Shown here in pieces: positions 57,389 to 64,000 of a stretch of DNA of 64,000 nucleotides; positions within the stretch are counted from its first letter, which is position 1, and every line of letters begins with the position of its first letter. The notes below the pieces were generated by a model that saw nothing but the letters and a program-made list of their open reading frames with translations, was not told the origin of the DNA and searched no databases. The position numbers were made by a program, and so were the translations under genes. This DNA is from Planctomycetota bacterium (GTDB taxonomy: Bacteria; Planctomycetota; UBA1135; UBA2386): the NCBI GenBank assembly GCA_965223545.1, contig OZ245006.1, positions 6,816,001 through 6,880,000 on the forward strand. The letters run 5' to 3'.

Positions 57389-57434
57389 TGGTATGCCCGA
57401 CAGGATTCGAACCTGTGACCTCCGGTTTAGGAAC
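57389..57434 (-). other. 3' half of tRNA-Arg(CCT): putative att site of an integrative element
   Basis: Minus strand GTTCCTAAACCGGAGGTCACAGGTTCGAATCCTGTCGGGCATACCA has the anticodon loop, T arm, acceptor 3' strand and CCA, but no 5' half. Confidence 0.8.
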
Positions 57435-57679
57435 GCGACGTCGCGCGAACACAACCTCCCACGCCACAACGATGTGCAGCATGGTTGCCCGGAGGCTTGT
57501 CCTCCAGCTTGTTCATGCCCTAGGCACGTCAGGGCATTCGAGGACACCGCGGCAGATGACCGTGATGAGCTCGATCGTATCGCGCGGGCGTGGTCCAGTG
57601 TGCCTCGCGCGGTGCGGCACGCGATCGTGGAGCTGATCGAGGCGATGGCAGGGCGTTAGCCCTGGAAAGAATGCGTTCC

Positions 57680-58140
57680 AGCGTGGCCCCGCATCGGGGC
57701 TTTCTTCAGAGCGCTGCGCGCGCCGACCGCCTGGTGGTGCTCGATCGCTTCTGGACGGTGTTGTCGAGTGCTGCGTGGGAGGACGTGTGCCGCCGCCGGC
57801 TGCCGCGGCTCGGCGCGCGCTCCGCGCTGGCGCGGAGGGGCCGTGGGGCCCCGCGTCGCGTTGGTGGCACGGCAACCGGCCCGAGTGGGACGTGGTGAGC
57901 AGGTCGACCGCCGGCGGGCAGCTATTGCTCGGCGAGGTCAAGTGGAGCGGCCGGCCATGCAGCCGGTCCATGCTGGAGCGGGAGTGCCGCCGGCTCGCGA
58001 GCAGGGAGCTGCCGCAGGTTCCGCAAGACCTGGGCGGTGTCGAGATCGTGCGTGCCCTGTTCGTCCCGGCGCGCGCCAAGGGTGCCCGGTCGAAGTGCAA
58101 CGGTGTCCTCGTTGTGGATGCTGCCGCGGTCCTGCGTTGA
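57680..58140 (+). pseudogene. Frameshifted C-terminal remnant of ATPase-associated DUF234/PD-(D/E)xK domain
   Basis: AWEDVCR in one frame; RWWHGNRPEWDVV...LLLGEVKWS in another. Confidence 0.6.
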
Positions 58141-58213
58141 CGTGTATTGGCCGGCGTCGATCGCCTCGAACTCGAGCGACTGAGCGAGCGATCGCGGGTG
58201 AAAGCGAGCCTGA

Positions 58214-58891
58214 TCAGTCGGCAAGCAGCTCGAACAGCCGCCGGCACTCGTCGTCGAGCTCTTGCTCGGTCCGCACCGCGTGCCGGGCGACGACGGCGCG
58301 CAGGCACTGCCGGAACTCACTCCGGGCGCGCGAGTACTGCCGGTGGGTCGCGGCCGGGTCCATCGACCAACGCGCGGCGATCTCGTTGATCGGAAGGTCG
58401 CCGACGAAACGCAGCCGCAGCAGCTCGACCCGCAATCGCGCGCCGTCGTCGTCGGCCCGTTCTCGCATCAGGTCGCCCGCTTCGCGCATCAGCATCCGCG
58501 CCCACCCGCGGTCGAACGCTCTCGATGCGCGGTCGCCGTGGTCGGCCGTGTCCAAGGACCCGAGCTGCGTGTTCTCGACGGGACCGGAGCGCGCGCGCGC
58601 TTCCACGCGCAGGGCGACGTGCCGCACGACCCCGAACAGGAACCCGCGGAAATCACCCTTGTCGGCGTCGGCGCGCGACAACGAGCCGTTCTGGCGGAAG
58701 CACTCGACGAACACGTCCTGCACGGCGTCGTCGATCTGCTCGGCCAACGGAGTTCCGCGCCACCGCCCGGCGAGGAAGCTGCGTACGAGGGGCAGGTACG
58801 TGCGGCCGAACATCGACCGCGACGGCGCGTCGCCGGACGCCGCGCGCCGGATCAGGCTCCAGCTCGTCTCGCTCGGGCGGTCGTTCGACAT
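58214..58891 (-). CDS. ECF sigma factor, kinase-associated type (paralog of 11571-12254)
   Basis: ETSWSLI, FGRTY.P, DDAVQDVF, GDFRGFL, AFDRGWA. Confidence 0.9.
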   Translation of the reverse strand: MSNDRPSETSWSLIRRAASGDAPSRSMFGRTYLPLVRSFLAGRWRGTPLAEQIDDAVQDVFVECFRQNGSLSRADADKGDFRGFLFGVVRHVALRVEARARSGPVENTQLGSLDTADHGDRASRAFDRGWARMLMREAGDLMRERADDDGARLRVELLRLRFVGDLPINEIAARWSMDPAATHRQYSRARSEFRQCLRAVVARHAVRTEQELDDECRRLFELLAD

Positions 58892-59022
58892 GGGCAGATC
58901 GTCATTGTCGCTGGGCTCGGCCGGGAGCCGCAAGGCGGGCGGCGCGAGCTCGCCGGCTGATTTTTCGAGAATCAGGCGAGAGGTTCGAGCCCTGGCCTGA
59001 AGAAGGAGAGAGGAGCCTCAGA

Positions 59023-62000
59023 ATGACCGACCCGAACGAAGAACCCCGCGACGACATGGCCGGCGGCCTGCGCGCCGCCTTCGGCGACGAGCCGGCGGCC
59101 GACCGGCCGAGCGTGCTGCGACTGCTGCAGGAGCGGTCGAACTCGAAGCTGGACCTGTACCTGCACGACGAGGGCGAAACCGAAGAGCACGCCGTGCCGG
59201 TCACGATCGACGACGAGAGCAAGGCGTTGCGAGATCCTACCGGCCGCTACCAGGTGCTCGGCGAGATCGGACGCGGCGGGGTCGGCGTCGTCTACAAGGG
59301 GCGCGACCAGGACCTCGGCCGCGACGTCGCGATGAAGCTCCTGCGGCCAGAGTACGCCAACCGGCCGGAGATCCTCGAGCGATTCGTCGAGGAGGCGCAG
59401 ATCGGCGGCCAGCTGCAGCACCCCGGCATCGTGCCGGTCTACGACCTCGGGCTGCAGCACGGCGAGCGGCCGTACTTCGCGATGAAGCTCGTCAAGGGCG
59501 AGACGCTCGACGCGATCCTGCAACGCCGTCAGGGTCCCGAGGAAGAGCGCCGGCGACTGCTCGGCATCTTCGAGCAGGTGTGCCAGACCGTCGCGTATGC
59601 GCACGCGCGCCGCGTCGTGCACCGCGACCTCAAGCCGCAGAACGTGATGGTGGGCAGCTTCGGCGAGGTGCAGATCGTCGACTGGGGCTTCGCCAAGGTC
59701 CTGCCCAAGAGCAGCAAGCCCGAGCACGAGCGATCCGCGGAACGCCTGTCGAGTGTCGCCAGCGTGATCTCGACCGTGCGTTCCGATCCGGACAAGGGTA
59801 CGCACTCGGTCGTCGGCTCGATGCTCGGCACGCCGGCCTACATGCCGCCGGAGCAGGCGATCGGCGACGTCGATCACATGGATCGGTGCAGCGACGTGTT
59901 CGGCCTCGGCGCGATCCTGTGCGAGATCCTCACGGGGTCGCCGCCGTACCTGAAGGCGGACGGGGACTTGATCCAGCAGGCGGCGCGCGCCGACCTCGAG
60001 GCGACCTACGAGCGAATCGACGCGAGCGGCGCCGATCCCGCGATCGCGCGCCTGTGCCGACAGTGCCTGTCGCCGGCGCGCCAGGCGCGGCCGGAATCGG
60101 CGAGACAGGTCGCCGAGGCCGTCGGTGAGTTCCTGTCGTCGGTCGAGGAGCGCGCGCGGCAAGCCCAGATCCACGCCGCCGAGGCGAAGGTGCGCGCCCG
60201 AGCCGCGGTGTGGTTGTCGGCAGCCGCGATCCTGGTGCTCGGACTCGGGTGCGGCGGCTGGTTCTACCTCGACGGTGAGGCGCGGGCGCAGAGCGAGCGC
60301 GCGGACCGGCGCGTGGCGTCGGTGATGGAGGATGCCGGCGTGCGGTTCGGAATGGCGCGCGCCGCGAGCGCCGTCGACCTGAGCCTGTGGACGCGCGCGC
60401 TCGACGCCGCGGACCGCGCGGTCGAGCTGGCGCAGGCCGACGAGGTGACGGCCAGCAAGCGGCAGGCCGCGGTCGAGCTGAGGCAGCGGATCGACGCCGG
60501 CCACGCCGAAGCCCGGGCCGAGGCGACTCGCCTGGCGAAGGCCGACCGGATCCGTGTCCGATTGCGCGAGGCGCGCGTGCCCGTCGACGACAACGTCAAG
60601 AGCAAGACCTATCGCGCCCGGGAGGCCAAGCGGCGTTGCGAGGCATACCGAGCTGCGTTCCGCGAGTACCTGGACGGCCGCGAGCTGCGGAAGATGACGG
60701 CTACCGCAGGTGCGGCCGCCCTCGCCGGCGACCTCGACGTCGAGATCGCCGCCGCTCTGGACGATTGGGTGGCGAGCCGTGTCTTTCTGGCCCGCAACTC
60801 GAAAACCGCCGAGCTCGACGCCAAGGTGACGGCCGTGCTGCGCGGCGTCGCGACGGCGCTCGATCCCGATCCGATGCGGAGTCGGGTGCGCTCGGCCGTT
60901 GCCGGGGACGCTCCCGACAAGAGCACGTTGCTCGAGATCTTCGCCCAGGCCGACCTCCAAGCTCTTCCGGTCGCGAGCCTGAGCCTGCTCGGCGGCGCCC
61001 TCGCCGACGTGCAGGCGGAGGACGAGGCGCGAACGGTCTACGAGGTGGCCGCCGAGCGCTTCCCCGGCGACTTCGGCAGCGCGTTCGAGCTGGCGTTCCT
61101 GCACGAGCGTGCCGAGGAGTGGCGCGAGGCCCTCGCGGGTTTCAAGGTCGCGGGAGCCGTGCACCCGGAGATGCTCGAGGTCTGGCATCGGGCCGGACAC
61201 GCAATGCACCAACTGGGACGGTACGAGGCCGCGGAGCGGGTCTTTCGGCGGCTCGTTCGCCAGGACGCGGACAACACCCACTGGCAGTATCACCTCGCTG
61301 CGACACTGACTCGTCTCGAGCAGTATCCCGAGGCCAGGTCGCTGTTGGAGCGGGCGGTCAGCCTCTCCCCCGACATCGCGGTCAATCACGACGAGCTCGC
61401 CAGGGTGCTGAGAGAGCTCGGCGAGCTCGAGCGGGCGGAACATCATCAGCGACGTGCCATCGATCTCGACCCGTCGCAGGCGCATCAGCACGTTGGGCTC
61501 GGTCTGGTCTTGCAGCAGCAGGGCAAGCTCGACGAAGCGCTGGCGGCCTACCAGAAGGCGTTGGAGGTCGACCCCGATTCGGTCTGGGCGTGGAGCAACT
61601 GGGGGAACATTCTGCAGGTTCGAGGCAAGCTCGAGCAAGCCGAGGAGAAGCAGCGACGCGCCCTCGCGATCGACCCTCGGTTCGGGATGGGTTACAACAA
61701 CCTCGGCGACATCCTGTTGGCGCAGGGAGAGGTCGACGAGGCCCTGGCTGCCTATCAGCGTGCCATCGACCTTGAGCCCGGCGAATCGCTGCCCTACACC
61801 GGGATGTCGCGGTGCCTCGCCCGACTCGGCCGGCGGCAGGAAGCCCTCGAAGTCGCGAAGAGGGCTCTGGCGCTCGATCCGGAGCTTCCGAACGCGCACA
61901 GTGAGCTCGGCAGTCGGTCGTTCGAGTCCGGGGAGTACGAGCAAGCGATCGCGAGCTACCGGCGTGCCATCCAGCTCGAGACTCGTCCGACGGAGCGGTG

Positions 62001-63069
62001 GGGGCTCCATTACAACCTGGGGCTCGCCCAGTCCAGGTCGGGTCGTTACGCCGAGGCCGTCGACAGCTTTCGCAGCGCGCTCGCCTTTCACGGCGACGAG
62101 ACGATCATCCAGGTCCAGCTGGGCCACGCGCTCCTGAACAGCGGCGAGATCGACGCCGCCTTCGAGAGCCTGACGCGCAGCATCGAGCTGGACGACGGCG
62201 TCGCCATGGCGCATTACGATCTCGCGGTCATCCACGCGCAGCGATCGGAGCTGAGCGAGGCAGAGGGCGCCGTTCGCCGAGCGCTGGCATTGGAGAGCGC
62301 GACCGCGTCGTGGGACCTCCTGGGTCGCGTCCTGATTCGCATGGGCGACCACGACGAAGCCATCGAGTGCTACCAGAAGGCCGTGGAGCTCGATCCGGAC
62401 TTCGCCTCGGCCCATTACAGCATCGGCTACCTGCTCGGAAGCCAGGGCCGAATGGAAGCAGCCCTCGCAGCGCTGCGACGCGCGGAAGCGATCGACGAAC
62501 GAACGGGTCGCCTGAACGCCCGCGAGCGGGCGGCGGTGCAACGCCTGATCGCCGACGCCGAGGTCGCCTTGAAGGCGACTGCGGACCTGCTCGAGAAGGT
62601 CCGCAGCGGCGCCGACGTGTCGGATCCGAACCTGCTCGTGCAAGCCGCGTGGCTGCTCTACCAGAACGACGAGTATCTGCTCGCGACGCGAACCTACGCC
62701 CGCGCCTTGAAGCGATCGCCCGAACTGCAGGCGATCTATCCGCACCGCTACAACGAAGCCTGCTCGGCGGTGCTCGCAGCGAGCGGCAAAGGCGAGGGCG
62801 CGGCAACGCTGACGGACCAGGAGCGGGCCGAGCTGCGCAATCGAGCGCGAACCGCGCTGGCTGCCGAGTTGGAACGGTGGCGCGAGACAATCGAGGCGGA
62901 TGGCGCTCCGGCCCAGGTGGCGCAAAAAGAGGTCGAACACGCCCTGCGAGATCCGGCCTTCGTGAGCCTACGTAGCGGAGCTCTCGAATCGCTGGACGCC
63001 GGCGATGCCGCAGCCTGGCGCTCGCTGTGGGAGAGTCTTGCGACTTTGGCGAAGGAACAAGCAAACTAG
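59023..63069 (+). CDS. Ser/Thr protein kinase with TM segment and long TPR array (1348 aa)
   Basis: GGAG RBS; IGRGGVG, AMK, HRDLKPQN, DWG, GTPAYMPPEQ; more than ten TPRs. Confidence 0.96.
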   Translation: MTDPNEEPRDDMAGGLRAAFGDEPAADRPSVLRLLQERSNSKLDLYLHDEGETEEHAVPVTIDDESKALRDPTGRYQVLGEIGRGGVGVVYKGRDQDLGRDVAMKLLRPEYANRPEILERFVEEAQIGGQLQHPGIVPVYDLGLQHGERPYFAMKLVKGETLDAILQRRQGPEEERRRLLGIFEQVCQTVAYAHARRVVHRDLKPQNVMVGSFGEVQIVDWGFAKVLPKSSKPEHERSAERLSSVASVISTVRSDPDKGTHSVVGSMLGTPAYMPPEQAIGDVDHMDRCSDVFGLGAILCEILTGSPPYLKADGDLIQQAARADLEATYERIDASGADPAIARLCRQCLSPARQARPESARQVAEAVGEFLSSVEERARQAQIHAAEAKVRARAAVWLSAAAILVLGLGCGGWFYLDGEARAQSERADRRVASVMEDAGVRFGMARAASAVDLSLWTRALDAADRAVELAQADEVTASKRQAAVELRQRIDAGHAEARAEATRLAKADRIRVRLREARVPVDDNVKSKTYRAREAKRRCEAYRAAFREYLDGRELRKMTATAGAAALAGDLDVEIAAALDDWVASRVFLARNSKTAELDAKVTAVLRGVATALDPDPMRSRVRSAVAGDAPDKSTLLEIFAQADLQALPVASLSLLGGALADVQAEDEARTVYEVAAERFPGDFGSAFELAFLHERAEEWREALAGFKVAGAVHPEMLEVWHRAGHAMHQLGRYEAAERVFRRLVRQDADNTHWQYHLAATLTRLEQYPEARSLLERAVSLSPDIAVNHDELARVLRELGELERAEHHQRRAIDLDPSQAHQHVGLGLVLQQQGKLDEALAAYQKALEVDPDSVWAWSNWGNILQVRGKLEQAEEKQRRALAIDPRFGMGYNNLGDILLAQGEVDEALAAYQRAIDLEPGESLPYTGMSRCLARLGRRQEALEVAKRALALDPELPNAHSELGSRSFESGEYEQAIASYRRAIQLETRPTERWGLHYNLGLAQSRSGRYAEAVDSFRSALAFHGDETIIQVQLGHALLNSGEIDAAFESLTRSIELDDGVAMAHYDLAVIHAQRSELSEAEGAVRRALALESATASWDLLGRVLIRMGDHDEAIECYQKAVELDPDFASAHYSIGYLLGSQGRMEAALAALRRAEAIDERTGRLNARERAAVQRLIADAEVALKATADLLEKVRSGADVSDPNLLVQAAWLLYQNDEYLLATRTYARALKRSPELQAIYPHRYNEACSAVLAASGKGEGAATLTDQERAELRNRARTALAAELERWRETIEADGAPAQVAQKEVEHALRDPAFVSLRSGALESLDAGDAAAWRSLWESLATLAKEQAN

Positions 63070-63308
63070 GTTCGGCGGGGTTTCCTTCTCGCCCGAATGC
63101 CCAGGTGCGACCGTCACCGCGGCGCGGAGCCGGCCGAGCTGCGGGCTAGCCCTACGTCCGGGTCGGGCAGTCACTTGAACTCCGCCCCTGTACCACGCCT
63201 CATGCGGTGCGGCAGGCGATCGCGGAACTGATCGACGCAAAGGCAGAGCCATCCCCCAAGGAACACTAGACCAGCAAGCGCGAGGAGCTCCGACGTCACA
63301 GATCCGTC

Positions 63309-64000
63309 TCACCACTCGTGACTGTGCCCTGCCACCTTCACCTGGAGACGGCCAATGAGTTCGGAGGCGAGTTCGAGTGCTCGCTTTGCCCTCCTGCTCG
63401 TGTAGTTCGTCAACAGCTTTCGTGCCTTGGCAGGCGACGTCTTGTGTAATTGCGCTGCCTCGCGTTCGAACGCCGCTTGGCTCGAGAATTGCTCGCGCTC
63501 GAACGGGCCAGACACCGACCGCACGTCGCCGATCAAGCGGGGGAAGTACGGCGCCACCGTGTTCGCGAGTGTGCGGAATATCCAAAACGCAGATTCACCG
63601 TCGTAGCTCGCGTCGCCAACCGCGTATGGCCGGGGAATCTCGTCGATTCCGAAGTAGAACGGTACATAGATGGCAGTCGGAGCCGAGCTCAGACCGATCC
63701 ACATCAGAGCGCCTACATCGGCCGGTAGCTCGCCTCGCAGCTCGACAACATCGGTATGCACGCCGCGAAACGTCGCAATCGGATACTCGCGGTGAGCGCT
63801 CTTGTCCGGGGAGTAGACGTCGTACGGCGTGCTTTGGTAGTGGTCGCGAAGCAGCGGCAGCAGGTTCTGGACAGTGACCTTCTCGGCGGGCCGAACGTAG
63901 AGGGGCAGCGCAGGGTTCTCGGCATCGAGCTCGAGGTCGCCCAGCAAGCAGAGTCCTCGCCATACCCGGCGTGTGTTGCTGAAAAGCCTCTCGCTGTCTT
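63309..64000 (-). CDS. C69 family dipeptidase (5' part lies outside the window)
   Basis: NTRRVWR, LRDHYQSTPYD, YVPFY.G, SAFW.F. Confidence 0.85.
   Translation of the reverse strand, partial: DSERLFSNTRRVWRGLCLLGDLELDAENPALPLYVRPAEKVTVQNLLPLLRDHYQSTPYDVYSPDKSAHREYPIATFRGVHTDVVELRGELPADVGALMWIGLSSAPTAIYVPFYFGIDEIPRPYAVGDASYDGESAFWIFRTLANTVAPYFPRLIGDVRSVSGPFEREQFSSQAAFEREAAQLHKTSPAKARKLLTNYTSRRAKRALELASELIGRLQVKVAGHSHEW

Noticed and set aside
57389..57470. Complete tRNA-Arg gene
   Set aside because: No 5' acceptor strand, D arm or complete anticodon stem can be formed.
58972..62940. 1322-aa antisense ORF and similar shadows (12152-13735, 47196-49469, 20178-21683)
   Set aside because: These mirror well-supported genes on the opposite strand, as expected in high-GC DNA.

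Overview
High-GC bacterial genomic DNA, most consistent with a Planctomycetota lineage (inferred from ECF sigma/Ser-Thr kinase pairs, a CRPSL-type sulfatase, and many secreted ELWxxDGT, kelch, FG-GAP and LamG proteins). The window has a tRNA-Ser(GCT) at its left edge, about 50 coding genes (regulators, a sialic-acid catabolism trio, a small glycosylation cluster), several pseudogene remnants and a tRNA-Arg(CCT) 3' fragment that looks like an att site. Three things stand out. (1) A modular ~201-bp double-hairpin REP/BIME-like repeat occurs at four loci. (2) Two different IS110-family elements sit ~92 bp apart in one copy of this repeat, and each non-coding end contains guide segments matching its repeat target and its own donor junction (bridge/seek RNAs). 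(3) About nine secreted proteins with unrelated passenger domains share a ~110-130-aa C-terminal domain and a Gln at the predicted mature N-terminus, suggesting an undescribed sorting or secretion signal. All calls come from reading the sequence by eye; no searches or folding programs were run.
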